Notes: a model not told the origin generated them from the sequence alone. DNA of 64,000 nt from Octopus vulgaris (GCA_951406725.2 OX597829.1:56978001-57042000); one strand, 5' to 3'; counted from the first letter of the stretch, positions 13,444 to 28,461 are shown. Translations and numbers: made by a program.

Positions 13444-14521
13444 TCATCATCTTCATTGTTTAATGTCTCCTTTCCATGCTGGCATGGGTTGGACAGTTTG
13501 ACTAAAGACTGGTGAGTCAGAGGCTGCACCAGGCTCAAAATGATCTGGCAAAGTTTCTACAGCTGGATGCCCTTCCTAACGTCAACCACTCCCAGAGTGT
13601 AGTGGGTGCTTTTTAAGTGCCACCGGCACAAGGGCCAGTCAGTCGGTTCTGGCAACGACCATGCTCGAATGTTGTTTTCTGCGTGCCACCAGCATATGAG
13701 CCAATCTGTGGCCCTGGCAACAGTCATGCTTGGATGTGCTTTTAACATTCCACTGGCATGAGTGCTAATCAGGCGGTACTGTCATCGGACGTGCCAGCAA
13801 TTTTGGTTTGTTTATACTTGCCTTAATAGGTCTTCGCAAGCAAAGTTCATTGTCCAATGAATGAAGGATACTCATAAGTGACCCAGTTACACACTACATT
13901 CGAATGTGCTTTTAACGTTCCACTGGCACTGGTGCCAATCAAGTGGTACTGTCATCGGTCGCGTCAGCAATTTTGATTTTGATTTCACTTGCCTCAACAG
14001 GTCTTCACAAGTAAGGTTTATTGTCCAATGTATGAGGGGTATTCATAAATGGGCTAGTTACACCCACTGGCATAGGCCATGGGCTATGGTCTCACTTGGC
14101 TTGTCGGGTTTTCTCAAGCACAGCATATCTTCAAAGGTCCAGGTCACTAGTCATTGTCTCGGTAAGGCCCAATGTTTGAAGGTCGTGCTTCACCACCTCA
14201 TCCCAGGTTTTCCTGGGTCTACCTCTTCTACAAGTTCCCTCAACTGCTAGGATGTGATACTTTTTCACACAACTGTCCTCATTCATTCGCAACACATGAC
14301 CATACCAGCACAGTTGTCTCTCTTGCACACCACATCTGATGCTTCTTAGGTCCAACTTTTCTCTCAGGGCGCTTACACTTTGTTGTGTATGCACACTGAC
14401 ATTAAACATCCAGTAGAGCATACTGGCTTCATTCCTTGCAAGCTTACACATGTCCTTAGCAGTCATGGCCCATGTTTCACTGCCATGTAGCATGGCTGTT
14501 TGCACACATGCAAACTGCCAT
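13444..14521 (-). mobile_element. 5'-truncated RTE-clade LINE
   Basis: ORF 14131..14559 MLHGSETWAMT...LCWYGHVLRM...RGRPRKTWDEVV; 3' UTR subrepeats and a (GAT)-type tail. Confidence 0.9.
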
Positions 14522-14559
14522 GCTACCTTATATATATATATGTATATATATATACACAC

Positions 14560-14945
14560 CTACACATACATACACATATCACATCACAACACACTACCCA
14601 CACATACACACACACGTCCAGACCACCAGCCCCCTTTCACACGCACGCACATACTCTCTCATACACACACGCACCTTTGTGTTGGGGGCACCTTCGTATT
14701 GGAAGTCACTTGACCTTGTTATCTCCCCTACTGTCCCTCTCGCGTCTGACCATTGTCTGAAGTCAGGATGCCATGATAGATCGTTAACTACTACACACAT
14801 TTTTTTCTGTGTATCTTTCTGTTGAAGAGCGTAGGCTCGAAACATAAAAGACTTTTTCTATTCCTGAGCGCTATACTAATACATTTGTTTGTTTGTACCC
14901 CACCTGCCTTTGTCTTTTGCTTATTTTCATAAACTTTCCCTTTAT
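14560..14945 (+). mobile_element. Penelope-like repeat end (pLTR-type) with a variant minimal hammerhead at 14814-14851
   Basis: tcttt CTGTTGA a GAGC-gtag-GCTC GAAA c ATA aaaga; the repeat ends in (TA)n and is homologous to 13135-13270. Confidence 0.5.
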
Positions 14946-15000
14946 ATATATATATAATTGAAATGTGAATGAGAAGAAACTCAAGGGATATAAACAACAG

Positions 15001-15281
15001 TGAACACACAACCACAAGGTATGTCTTTTGTCAGTTAGTGTGCAGGCTGTGATTTTAGATGTAAGAGAATTATTTTCATCAAGTTGCCTGATGTTAAAAC
15101 ACCTGGAAGTCATAGACAAATGAGACAACTCACACCAAGTCCCAGTACAGGAGTAAGAGACATTAGTGTTTTGTCATCTTTGTCTAACACCAAACAAATT
15201 CATGAGAATGTATTCTCTTCTGCCCACAATCACAGCCTGACCACAAACTGACAAAACACATACCTTGTGTTTGTGCGTTCG
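15001..15281. mobile_element. Diverged palindromic MITE
   Basis: gaacacacaaccacaaggtatgtcttttgtcagttagtg...caggctgtgatt is inverted at about 15226-15280. Confidence 0.6.
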
Positions 15282-17014
15282 ATATTGTATTCTTTTATTC
15301 TGTTACTCATTTGACTGTGGTCATACTTGAGCAGCGCCTTTAGTTGAACAAATCGACCCCAGGACTTTTTCTTTGTAAGCCTAGCACTTATCCTATCAGT
15401 CTCTTTTGCTGAACTGGTAAGTTACGGGGATGTAAACACACCAACATCTGTATAAAGTGATGGTAGCAGGACAAACACAAACAAACACACACACACATAT
15501 ATATATATATGTACCAAATCCACTCACAAAGTTTTGGTTGGCTTGAGGCTATAGTAGAAAACACTTGCCCAAGGTTCCACACAATGGGACTGAACCTGGA
15601 ACCATGTGGTTTGGAAGCAAGCTTCTTACCATACAGCTAGCCAGGAGCTGCACAAGGTTCTATTGTCTGTTTTGGCATGGTATCTTCAGTTGGATACCCT
15701 TCTTATTGCCAACCACCAAGTAATTATTATATATGCGTGCGCTCACACACACACACACACACACACACAGTTACAGGAGAGCTGAAATAATAATTAAAAT
15801 TTTTTTTTCAAAACTGTCAGTCAATCTCGCCTTGAAGGTAAATTATTTTATATGTTTTTTTGTTCTTCAAAACATTGTACAGGAGGAAAGAAAGAAAAGA
15901 AAAGTAGAGAGACAGATGATTGATAAGAGAAAATGGCAAGGAAACAGTTTCACTGAGAACAGTATTAATATTTAACACATATAGGTGCCTGCTTAGACAA
16001 ATGTTGTGTAAAGTTCCTGCTTTTAGGAAATGTAGTTGGGTGGAGGGTGGCGTTAGGTAGACATTCCTTCAAAAGGAACAAATGAAAACAGTTTCTATAG
16101 AATTATTGGGTTATTAGTGTAAGTTGCAATACTGAGGGGGTCGGTGTAGATATGTGTGTATATATATATATACACACACAAACTAATATCTACTAGAAAT
16201 ATGAACATATTGGAATTAAAGTTCCAAAATTTTTGCTGTGGAAGTGTGCAGAAATTTTCTTGAAGAAATTCTGTCTTTCTTTGCAAAGTATCCATGCAAG
16301 TAAGTAATCATAAAAAAAATCTTCTTGAAAACCTTGTATGTGCACATGTTCACACACAAACAAGCATACAGTTTAAACAGAAAGATCAAGGATTGGAATA
16401 CACCCTGAACCCTTTAGTATATCAATCAACCAATATATTCTCAAGTCCACCATTTCGTCAATTGCAGCAGCTTCCAAGCTTCACCACTAATTCAGTTCTC
16501 AACTAAATTGCCAACTGTTAACAGTCTTAAAGAGGAAACCTCCTCGGCAACACTTTGGCGTAAATCGTTTGAGATTTGGTTCAGTGGAAAAAAGTTGCAT
16601 CAAAATATCTGCGACCTCAAGGGGGGGGGCAGTAAGGCAGGTATTCATCTCCAATTAACATAAACTTTTTTAATTTTAAAATAAAAGTATACTTTTCTTT
16701 GGCTTAAATGATAGAAAAATGCATGAGGACTTCAGAATCACTCGTCGCATTGAACAAAAATTAGTAGAAAAAATGTTATGGGGTAAAATGCGACGAGATT
16801 TTATGTCAGGAAGTAAGAAGTAATGCTTAAGCAATAAGAATAAAGAATATATTGCTAAAATGAATGTTTATCTTCTTAGGCAGTGAGCTGGCAGAAACAT
16901 TAGCATGGCAGGCAAAGTGCTTAGTGGTATTTCGCCTGTCTTTACATTTTGAGTTCAAATTCCTCCAAGGTTGACTTTGCCTTTCATCCATTTCAGATCT
17001 ATTCAATTTGACGT

Positions 17015-17175
17015 ACAGATTATTTGGTTAATTTTTTTTAACTAAACACTTTGTAACTTCCGATACTGGTAGAATGTGTAACTTCCGATACTGGTAGAAT
17101 ATGTCACATACAACAGGGATCACTCTCAATGTTTTTGACAAAATTTTGTATTTTAGAAGTTATTTCGTCACAAGT
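17015..17175 (+). mobile_element. Diverged fragment related to the Merlin-type MITEs, with an internal tandem duplication of about 25 bp
   Basis: actaaacactttgtaacttccgatactggtagaatgtg aligns with 40981-41020; gtaacttccgatactggtagaat occurs twice at 17053-17100. Confidence 0.5.
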
Positions 17176-17919
17176 TACACAGAATGACAATGAACTGATG
17201 ATGCGTGTTTGATGAGTGCCAATACACGAAACTCTCAGTTTTTGACCAACTCTCTAACTTCTGCCGATTTTATATATATACATATTATACTTATATGTGT
17301 AAAAAAAAATTCTCATCACGCAATCAAACCAATGAAAGAGCCTCTACCTGGTCGCTCGTCACGCTAAAAATAGCAGCCAATGTATACCCTTACCTAAATC
17401 ACACGTCTATTGTATGTAATGTCCTACATTATCCCCAAAAAGATGGTTTGCTGAAAGCTGGAATGTCTTTGATGATAGGGTTGCTGTATCAGGGTTGATT
17501 TGAGGCTAAATAACAACAACATTATGGTAAATTACTATATTAACACCTGCACAATTTTCACTAAGCAAAAAAGAAGGATTTTTTTGCATGGAATCAAGTA
17601 CCCTGACCTCCTAATATGCTGCAAATCCCTAATTTTGCTTCGAAAAAATTGGAGGTGGGGCAAGAGAGAATCCCCCCCCCCCCAACCCCGGAATCATTGG
17701 AAATTTTTTTTCGTTGAATGAATTCCTGTGATCTAACATGCTACAAAACCCTTTGGGGATGGGTAATATCAAATAATTCAATCACAACATATATTTAAAT
17801 TAAACATGGAAAAAATTGAAATATTATCTTTCAATATTTTATATAGTAAAATCTTAAATTATTAATTGACACATTATTAATTATCTTATAACAGCAATGC
17901 CTGGAAAAATCATGGATTA

Positions 17920-18422
17920 CATGGAAAAATGCAAGCATAGAAAGTAATATTCTTAAGATTATAAACCTGGAAAAGTACAGGACAAGTTAATACACCTTTA
18001 AAAGTTTAGGACAAACTATTACTTCAAGTAAAGAATAAGAAACTTTTACTTAAAATATTGCAGCTAAAATTAAAATTTGACTATTAAAAATTATTTTTTT
18101 GAAGTTTACAAATAACACTATACTTAAGTAGAATTTGGCTAATTTACTACCTTAAATACAGAAAAAAGTGATTAATTAGACAAACTTACAAATTAGCTGA
18201 ACAGTTTTGTACAATAAATTTAAAAGATGAGAACTGTAAAGAGTGATAAATTAGAAGAACTGGCATTCTTTGCTGCAATATTTTAAGTAAAAAGTTTCTT
18301 ATTCTTTACTTTACAAGAAGTAGTAGTTTGTCCTTTACTTTTACAGGTGTAATAACTTGTCTTGTACTTTCCCAGGTTTATAATCTTAAGAATATGACTT
18401 TTCATGCTCGCATTTTCCCATG
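17920..18422. mobile_element. Foldback MITE with TIRs of about 150 bp
   Basis: catggaaaaatgcaagcat...aaaatattgcagc (17920-18065) is inverted at about 18272-18422; superfamily not determined. Confidence 0.75.
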
Positions 18423-19486
18423 GAATAGATATTTCTCTCATTGCTTTGAGACTTCAATGGTGTGATTATATATTTTTAGAGTGACATTATAGGAAAGGTG
18501 TGAGAGGCAAGATGTGGCTGGTTGGAATGCAAAACAGAATATTTGGGCTGGAAAGGACAGGTTTAAACGTTAAAAGGTTCAATACTTTACACTCTATAAA
18601 TCTGAAATCCGTAGGTGATCGTTCAACATGTTAGTAATACATACATATACCCAGACCCATATTCCCCATGGGAGGGAGTAGCCACGAGATAAGACACTCA
18701 CCAGGCATTCCATTCATTTCCCAGCTCAAAGAGGCGAGCCCAGTCCCATGCTTGGGTCAAGGCATAGAACACAACCCTCAGCAGGGCCTGACAGCATATG
18801 CAGGTTTACCTCCCCCGCATCATGCTAGTAATAATAACCACATCTCCCTCAAATCACATGTCTTCAATAAGAAAGAGTCTTGTAGTCCTGAAACCAATAA
18901 ATATCCGTTAGGTTCTCCGATTAACAAATTTTCACTCATCTTGTTTCCAATAACTTCTAATTGAAATTTGGGTTTATTGGGGGTAGAGTTGATTATATTG
19001 AACCCTGTGCTTGACAAAATGAAATTTAGAGTTTGTCTATTTTACCATGGCACTGGAGAAGTCCAAAATCATTTTTAGTTGATTAAATATGTCTATATAG
19101 ATAATTGGAAAAAAAAAATCGACAGTGACTAAGAGTTAAATCACTAGCAGGTTATTAAACACATCATTACATTATTATGCATCACAATTACATAATTATA
19201 CATTTAATGATGATTATCTAAATGAAACAATTGTTGAACACAAAGTACGAATGATATGTGAAATTTATGCATTTCTGCAATTATTCTTAATTAAATATGG
19301 CTATCAATTGTCACCCTTACCCATAAGAGAAAAATACCCCTAAAAGGTTGAACGATCATAGTTAAAATGACTAGTGGTGTATTGATCCACCTGTTGGAGA
19401 CTGACCCGTAGCTAAGCTGTTATACTATACACAACATACTTTGCCGTCAACGACATCGCATACTACAATCATACAACACACACAGA

Positions 19487-19603
<117 letters not shown>

Positions 19604-21472
19604 GTAAATGAAGTTACTTCTAAGTCGACCAGCTAAAAATAGCAGCCAAATTTCCCTTAAATCACAAGCTACCCCCTTAGAAAAGGACACATTAAAAATG
19701 ATGCAGTCCTAGGTTCTCTGTACATAGGAAAAGATGGGATGGTCACGGCTGGAATACATTTGCTCATAAGTTTGGGCTGACAAGAGCTAAACAATAACAA
19801 CAAATAAAAAACACAATATCCTTATAATTCGTTTCGTCTCCATCACAAAGTGTTTTATAACAATATTGCTGTGCGCGCGCGCGCTACATTACCGAAATAA
19901 ATTGCCCTATTTAAATGATATCCTATTCTACGAATAATTTCCCAAATGAATATGTGACTATAACTGTATATTCTTAAATTCACAGGGTCACACACACACA
20001 TACATGTATACGATAGAAACTACGAACGATGTAAAACGGTTATTGTTATCAAAAGCAGCGGGTCCTAAACTTTACTTAAAATGTTGCCCACCGGTTCTTC
20101 ATATTGAAACAGTTCCATGCCACCCACCCACTCAGTATTCAGCGGCTTCCATTATAATATAATTTTCTTTCTTGGGTTCCTCAATTTTTGAGAACTTCGT
20201 ATAGGACCCTCGTGTCATCGGCATCGTCTTGGGCATTTAAAACTTGTTAGAGATCAATGTCTAAACACAACTGACTACTCCCAAAAGTAAGAGGAATCAA
20301 ACCCAGTACTCTACTGGTACTTTATTGATCCAGAATATACAAAAAAAAAAAAAAAAGAGAAAAGACAAAGCTGACTTCATCGAGGTTTGAAATCGAACAG
20401 AAAACCGAAAACACAGCAAGACTTTCGCCCCACCCACTCTGACCCAACGACTTTTGCCAACACAACGAATATCTTCACATAACTCACAAAAAGGCTTAAA
20501 TGTATGTCTACAGGTGAATGCGTATATGCATATAAATACATGGTGTTCCTATAGTACAGAGTCTGAAATTATCTAGTGCGCCAAAAACCGCAATTTATCC
20601 GGATGTGTGTGTGTTGTAAGATATTACCAAAAAAAAAAAGTTGGGGAGGGGGAATGCTTTTTGCTCCTTCCTTCCTGTAATTTTTCGGTTTTGAGTTGTT
20701 TCGAATCTTCTTTACAGATTTCGGTTTAAAAAAAAATTACGCAATTTTATTCAGAAGTATAATCTCAGATTAAAAAAGAACCCCCCCACAAAACAAGTTT
20801 AAAAAATACTGAAATAGGGGAAGCACCCCGCCCCCTTTTTCAGAATTTACAGAAAATTTAAGGCCTTAAACTGCGAATTATTTAAAATTTTCTAAAGGAA
20901 TTCTTTCTGTTTTTTTTATTAAAAATAAGTTTTTTTCTTTATTAGTCAAACCTAAAATAAGTGTTGCCAAAAGCAGCATTAAAAGTTACGAACTAAAGTT
21001 TAACAAGATTTTGATAATTATTGTTATTTTTCATGGAGATCATAGAGATTAAAAGATTATAACTAGGACGAAGCAGATTATGGACAACAATCATTAAAAA
21101 GAAACTGTCAATTTAATTAAGAAAAGGAAAAAAAAAAAAGGTAGCCTATTTCTTCGATGTAAAATACTTTTTAGCTCCTCACAGATACGTAAGGGGTAAG
21201 GCTGGTGCTAAAAGCAAAACCATCCTAATTTATTTCCTCTCTCTTCAAAGTCTCTTTTCCACTCATACAAAGTACATAAAACACTATTTTATCACTGATA
21301 AACAATGAGATAAATATGAAAATGCAGATCTAGAAATTACTGTGTGGCTCATTTGACAATTCTAAAGGTTTTGTAGCAACGAATGATAAGGAGAAAGTGT
21401 CGCTTAGTAGAGATATATCTTGTAAACAATATATCACTTCGTTCATTTGTTGTTGTTGCTAATATCCTGAAG

Positions 21473-21552
<80 letters not shown>

Positions 21553-22599
21553 TTCAGAGCAACATTCGTTTAATAAATTCGCAACGATCTCAAATAAAGA
21601 AATGAATTTATTCGAGTCGAAGTTACACCAACCTCCAGGAAGAAACTCAAAGCAGCTTAACAAGAACAAGGAAAATGCAAGAAAACCTGGAAGATCTCGC
21701 AGCACATGTCAACAATTGTTTAGGCGTTGAACCAGTGGTTTAGTTGTTGTTTAAACCCGAGTCAACTTCGATCCAGCAGAATCTGTGATCAGAGGCATTC
21801 CAGTAATGTCTATCAGTTTTTATCAGCTATATTGTATATCTAAAGACTGCATTATCTAACAATTATAGCATGGAAGACATTAACCACTCAAAACCCCCCC
21901 AAATCTGTTAAACTCATTGTTTTGTGTTACAATTTTCGTTGCACCACTTGCGACCTGGTCACTAATACGGGACCACTGCGTTTCATTATCTAACATTTCC
22001 ATCTATTTTGAGTATCAATAGTGTGCGATTTAAGAATGTTTAGCTACTATTTCTTGAAGTTTGAGAGACCATCAAGAGCTCCTTCATTGGCCACGGTTGG
22101 GCAAAGTAGTTGGTGTTTTATTCCGACAGGTAGGTGTATAGAGGAAACAGAAGCAAAGTATCAAACAAAGAATTTCCTTCAGGAACTGCTTAGACTTAAC
22201 CTGTGCTTGAAAGGTCGGGCGGATGTGACGAATACTCACGTCGCTTCTGTGATATCGTTTTAGTTGCTTGGCAACCTTAAAGGGCTTCCCAAGCCATCCG
22301 TCGGTGTTGAGGAACGACCAGGTCATCTCTAGTCTTTTTCTCCTACCTAACCATTTCACGATATTGTTTGTACGTATTTACTTAAGAGTTACTTGAGTCC
22401 ATCGAGGGCGGTGAGGAACTTCACCACTGCTCATCACTTTAACCCATAGTTTCTCAAAGTAAGACTTGGGTTACTTCAGAATGAGTACAAGTAACAAGTT
22501 AATAAAGGTTGAAATAATGCGTTTTAAAACTAAAATCTCTCTCTATAACACATACACACACATTTATGTATGTGTGTGTTGTATGTATGTGTATATAAT

Positions 22600-22793
22600 G
22601 TAGTCGTTGGTTATGGCTGGTCAGAAAGTAACCATTGGTTCCACGTCTATTATTGTTCATAGGCGACTCACTGGACCTGCTGGCCTGAGGCACACAATCC
22701 ATGGTAACTTTCTGACCGGCCATGACAAATCGACTGCATAAAATATTATTGTTCAAAATAATTTTTAGTGTGCTTTTTTGCAGACTTGACCGA

Positions 22794-22837
<44 letters not shown>

Positions 22838-23000
22838 GGGGATTATTGTTGACAACCCTGGCTAATCAAGATCCATTTGTAGAGAGGTTATATGTCCCCG
22901 GCCAACGAGTTTGACGAGTCACCTGTGCTACTAATAAGAGCATTATAGGTGTGAAACCAACGGTCACTTCCTGACTAGCCATAACCAACAATCTTAATTA
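22600..23000. mobile_element. Inverted-repeat element with a central (TA)n
   Basis: gttggttatggctggtcagaaagtaaccattggttccac (from 22606) is inverted at about 22945-22990. Confidence 0.6.
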
Positions 23001-24894
23001 TACACAGACACACAAACTTGGTCAGTTCACGGCGAAGGGACACTTATTTTAAGCCACAGTGGGGCACGAGACAAAAAGATAGATGGAAAAAAAAACCCGT
23101 TGAGAGACTTTAACCTATCTGCTTTAACTTATGCATAGACCGAGGAAGGCGACTGTTTAAAAACCATCTCAGTTTTTTTTTCTCTCCCCTGCTGATGTTG
23201 ATTAACAGTTACAAAGTGTGGGTGATGGGTGTGACAAAGATAATGAGGTTGATACAGCTGATGGCTGTGATGATGGGTGTGGTAGAAGTGAAGGTGGAAA
23301 TGGGGAGACCGAATGAATCTTGTCGAACCCACGTCAGAAAAACAAACAAAAAAACATCACGAAAATAACGATGATGATGATGATGAAGACTAGCAACACT
23401 CCTATCGCTGTACCAAACCTCTATCAATACCTGGCTCTTTGTATTTAAAAAGACGGCGAAATAGGTTAAGAAACACGATCATCAGAACGACAACGATCAC
23501 CAGCCAACGCATAATTACATTCGATAGAAGAAGGTTGTGTGTAACAGGTCAGCTCAGTCTGCTGACCTGGAAGTACTACAAAACTTTATTTCTCAGAAAT
23601 TTCAAAACAAAAGATAGCGAATAATTTCCATAAATTCGGTGAAACTACGAGAGTTGTCTGCATCAAGGGGAGATGATGGCGAATTTAAAGAAATTTGAAT
23701 ACAACGCGAGGGAGAGGGAAAATATCTTCCTTAGAGAGGAACGGTCAATCATATCAACTTTTTCGAAGTCACTATTCACTACGTTTCTCGTATAAGTAAT
23801 ATACTATACGAAGAAGTTTTGAATAATACTTCAGTTTTATGTAGAATTGTTATTATTACTTATAACTCGATATAAGGCGGTGAGCGGGTAGAATTGTTAA
23901 TGTGCCGGACGAAATGCACGACAGCATTTCGTCTGGCTTCAAAATCTGTCGAAGTCGATTTCATCCTTTCCAGATCAGCAAAACAGGTATCAGTTGTACA
24001 CTGGGGATCGATGTTATCGACTAGTTCCCTCCACACAAATTGTGCCCAAAGTGACAGAAAGGATTTACAAATACCATTAAAAAATCGTTTGGTCAGAAGA
24101 GAAGGTAGGGCTCATGATCCTTCAGTTTCCCACCAAACCTCTAGGTTGGAGGGAGGAAGTAATGTTGAAACTGGTAACTTGAATGCTTGCAAAAGATTGG
24201 ATGCTACTAATGGTACTCAAGGCATCGAATGAAGGTCCGTTGAGTACCATTACCGTGTGACGGGTCTCGACTCTACTACCCAAGCAGGCCATGGTGGGAA
24301 TTAAACTCAGAACTCAACGAATAGGAACAAATTTGAATACAGTGGGAGGGAGAGACGAGAGTATTCGATCCGACGGTTTTAGCCCCGTTGATTCAACACC
24401 TTGAATCGAAACTTTATTTTAATCGACCCCGAAAGTGTGAAAGGCAAAGGTGACCTCGCTGAGATTTGAGCTCTGTTCGACGTTCAAACATCAGCCAATT
24501 CGCAGCTGTTGAGTTTACAGATGCTAAATGTTATGGGACAATCCTCGAATCCGAAGGAAGGACGTTGACGCCAAGCTGTATATGTGATTAAGAAGCTTAC
24601 TTGGCAGTTATGTGGTTTTGAGTTCAGTTCCACTTGTCTTCCACTATAGCCTCTGGCCGACCGATATTTTGAGTGGATTTTGTATGTGGAAACTGTGTGA
24701 AAGCCCGTCGTAGTGTCCCCTTTGACAACGGGTGTTGGTTTGTTTACGTCCTTGTAATTTGGCTGTTCGTATTTTAAAATCTGGTGGTAAGTACTGGGTT
24801 CAACTTGATTGGAGAGAACGAGTCACATTGATGAGTGCATTATAAGCATGGGCGGATGATAAATAAATGTGTTCGATTAAACCCTTCAAGGCTA

Positions 24895-25013
24895 CTACCG
24901 TAGCTGGGGTGGGGCGGTAGGGGCGATACTTTTAAAGGGGTTGCACTTTTCATCCTACTGTAGGCAATGTGTTTTTTGTGGGGTCCGAGGGCGGCACACA
25001 CTAACTACGCTAG
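24895..25013. mobile_element. Small hAT-like MITE; relatives at about 31520-31625 and 45470-45625
   Basis: CGTAGCT...ACTACGCTAGTG termini; tgtaggcaatgtgttttttgtggggtccg is shared in reverse with 31575-31605. Confidence 0.5.
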
Positions 25014-26345
25014 TGTTCAAGGTGGTGCCCCAGGATGGCCGCAATCAATTGACTGTGTGTGTGTTCGTGCGCGCGCGCTGGTTGTCTCGCCATTGGCGAT
25101 TGACTTCAATGTCACCGGCCACATGCCTGCCATCCGGTCACCCAACAATTACCTCATTTCCACCGAAAATTATTTAAAAGCATTCCCAAAACCTGAAGCT
25201 ATTTCTAAAAGCAGTCAATTTTATACAAAAAAAAAAACAAAACGAAATTGAAAGAGACAATCTTCAGAAGTTATATTTATTAGTGTTGTCAGGTGTGACC
25301 AAGAGCCAAAGGATTAATGATTCCCGCCTCCAAACCCGTCTGTAGTGACCGAAAGAGGATGTATGTAGAAAAAAAACAAAAAAACTAAAAGGAGTGACCA
25401 AGGTATTTCCATTCTTTAAACGAAATCATCTTCGAGAACCAGAGTCATATACGCGGTACACGATCTGCTAAGAATAGCAACCAAATCTCCTGCAAAACCA
25501 CACTTGATGATTTTATTTTTAAAAAATGTAGTCCTAGGATAGACCTAGAATCACTAAAATGATGGAATAGCCATAGTTGTAACACTTTTGATCAATGTTG
25601 ATCTCGGACTGAGCAACAACTCGAGAAGAGTTCAAAGAAGGTGAAACGGCACCGTGAAGAGGGTAACAGTTGGAAACTTCATAAAGGTTGGGTAAACTGG
25701 ATAGGAGGGGATGAAGGACGGACATAGTTTGGCTGGAGTAAAACTGTGTCCTTCCCATAAATGACTGAACCATTTTTGTTTCCGACTGTCTCCTATGTGC
25801 TTGTGTTTACACGTGCGCCACAGAATATAGCGAAAAAACACCAAATATAAAGATTACATGACTCACAATACGGATGCGATTTTGTCATAGTCTATTTTTA
25901 TGTTGGCCTGTCAATTTGTATTGTCTGTCTAATTAGTGGCACTGCTACGTGGCCCTCGTTAGTAAATAAAGGGGAAATCCTCGTTATCCTAATTACTGCA
26001 CATTAAAATAATAAAAACGACTGCTGTAGAATATTCAAATCTAGAGCTAAAAGAACTAACAAACCAATCCCTCATACCATTATTGTAAGAAACAATAGAA
26101 AGTGTAATGTTATGAAGAACGAATTCCATGATGAAACACATATTTAGTAACACTTGGAGTATTTTGAATATGGAATAATAATGATTAGAAGAGGAGCCAG
26201 GCAAACAGTGTTTTTGTTTCATACTGTTATATATATATATTGTATATGGGTCACTTAATCTTTTAGATACAGTAAACTATGGACTGTTTAGAAACAAAAA
26301 CTATAAACTGAGAAGGGGAGGAACGAGGTTTTCAAAGTTGCATGA

Positions 26346-26383
<38 letters not shown>

Positions 26384-28428
26384 GGGGAAGACAGAGGAGA
26401 GAAAGAAGAGAGAAGCAGGGAGGAGAGAGAGAGGAGGAAAATATGAGGAGTGGCGGTGGTCGCGATGATGCTTCACTTCTATTTTGGGTTTATGGTAAAA
26501 ATCAAAAGAATTTAGTAGAATTTTAATTTCATGAAATTGAATGGGGAAGGGAAAATACATATTTAGCAGTAACTAAAGTAATTAGATAGACAGATAGCTA
26601 AAAGACATAGAAGAACCCCGAACCGCGCACACACACACAAAATGCAAAAAAAAACTGACTATGTAAGCAATATTTCTTTTTATTTATTTCATGTGGTTAG
26701 AAGAAGAAGTTTTTTTTCCTGCTGATCTTGTTTATATCGCAGTCAACGTAAATGCTTTTTGGTTTGGTGTGTGAAGGAGAGAAGGGAAGAAGTACTTAAT
26801 TCTTTCGAGATCTTGACAAATATATCCGGTATCAGCAAAAAGCTAGCAACAATCTCTCAGTAAGCATGCATGTGTATATGTATGAGTGTGTGCATGCATA
26901 CACATACATACATGCACGCACACACATATTTATATATATACATATATATACACATATACACACATTTACATTGTAATGTACTAACTACACCATACTCTTA
27001 AGAAGTGATAATGGCAAGATGTTAATAATAATTTTCCTTGACTGTACTAGAACTGCTTTGTAAGGAGGAGTGCAGGTACCCGACAACCTGGTGAGATGAA
27101 AATGAGAATAAAAAAAATAGCACACGGCAGGTTTTGAACTTAGAAAGTAGATAACAAAGACGAATCTACAATTCCTGCTGACAAAAATAATAACGATTTG
27201 TTACTTTATTTTTTTTTTGCTACAAGAACAACAGAAATATAATACATTAAGATACATTTAACTTCAAAAAGAAATCAAAGAACAGTAAGTTGACATTAGA
27301 AACATCAGAATACCTTAACTTGCATTCTACATTCCAGAGATGAAACTTCAACAGGAATGACAGTCATTTATCCCTCCCACCCCGTTACAAAGTACCTGTC
27401 ATGTATCGGGGTCCTTCAATATAGGGTGGATCAACTACAATTATCTTTCTTGTAATAAATCATTGTCATTTTCACTTTACTATGAGAGAACACAAAAAAG
27501 TGTTCTCTAATGAAATTCAAACCACAGATTTAGCTAACAGAAAAGTGGTTAACAGAATAACTAATGATGGTGTATAAACTTTTTTTTATACATCTTAAAG
27601 GGTAAGTGTGATTTAAATGGCTAAAAGGAGACTAGGAGGAGTAAACAACACGCGCAAAAATGCCTTCACAAAAGTTACAAAATTTGGAGAGAAGCAAAGA
27701 GGATGTAGCGTCGTTGATGCCCATGGATGAATAACATGTTAAATAAAAAGGCATGATAGTATAAACAAAAGGCGCCTGTTGCCTTTATCGCCCTCACAGT
27801 TTCATTTCAAGAATTTCTAATTCCGCTTCCTCACTTTCACTAAAACCAAAACCAAAACAAAACCCCCCAAAACAAAAAGTTGTCTAAACTATGGCGTGAG
27901 GAATATAAGGTACGATGTAACCTTTTACACCTCACAAACCATTAATAATAGTTCCTGCATGAGTGATTAGTATCATATTAAGAATATTCATCGTAAAGTA
28001 CTGGACATGGTAGAGTGAAGGCATTTGTCAGAAAAACTCATCTCTCAACACATACATATGGGTATGTGTATACATACACACGTGTGCATCCATCCATCCA
28101 TCCATATATATATATATATATAGTGTAAAGAAAGAAATGTGCCTATGTGTGTGTGTGTGTGTGTGTGTCGCCAGATGAGGGAGTTCACGTCAATCTTGGA
28201 GAAAGAGAAGTGAAAAAAAAAAAACTTTGCGAAATATCTGTCAGATGGAAGTAGGATGGAGAGACAAGGAACAAGTGACCGGCAAAGATGGAAGGAACTC
28301 ACTGTCCGATATTCCCGAGGATATTCTAAACCACACACACGTGTGTGTGTGTGTGATTTAAAATAAACAGAGAAATTACTAAAAAGTTAGCAAATGGAAA
28401 GTTTTAAAGTGTGTGTATGTGTCTGTAT

Positions 28429-28461
<33 letters not shown>

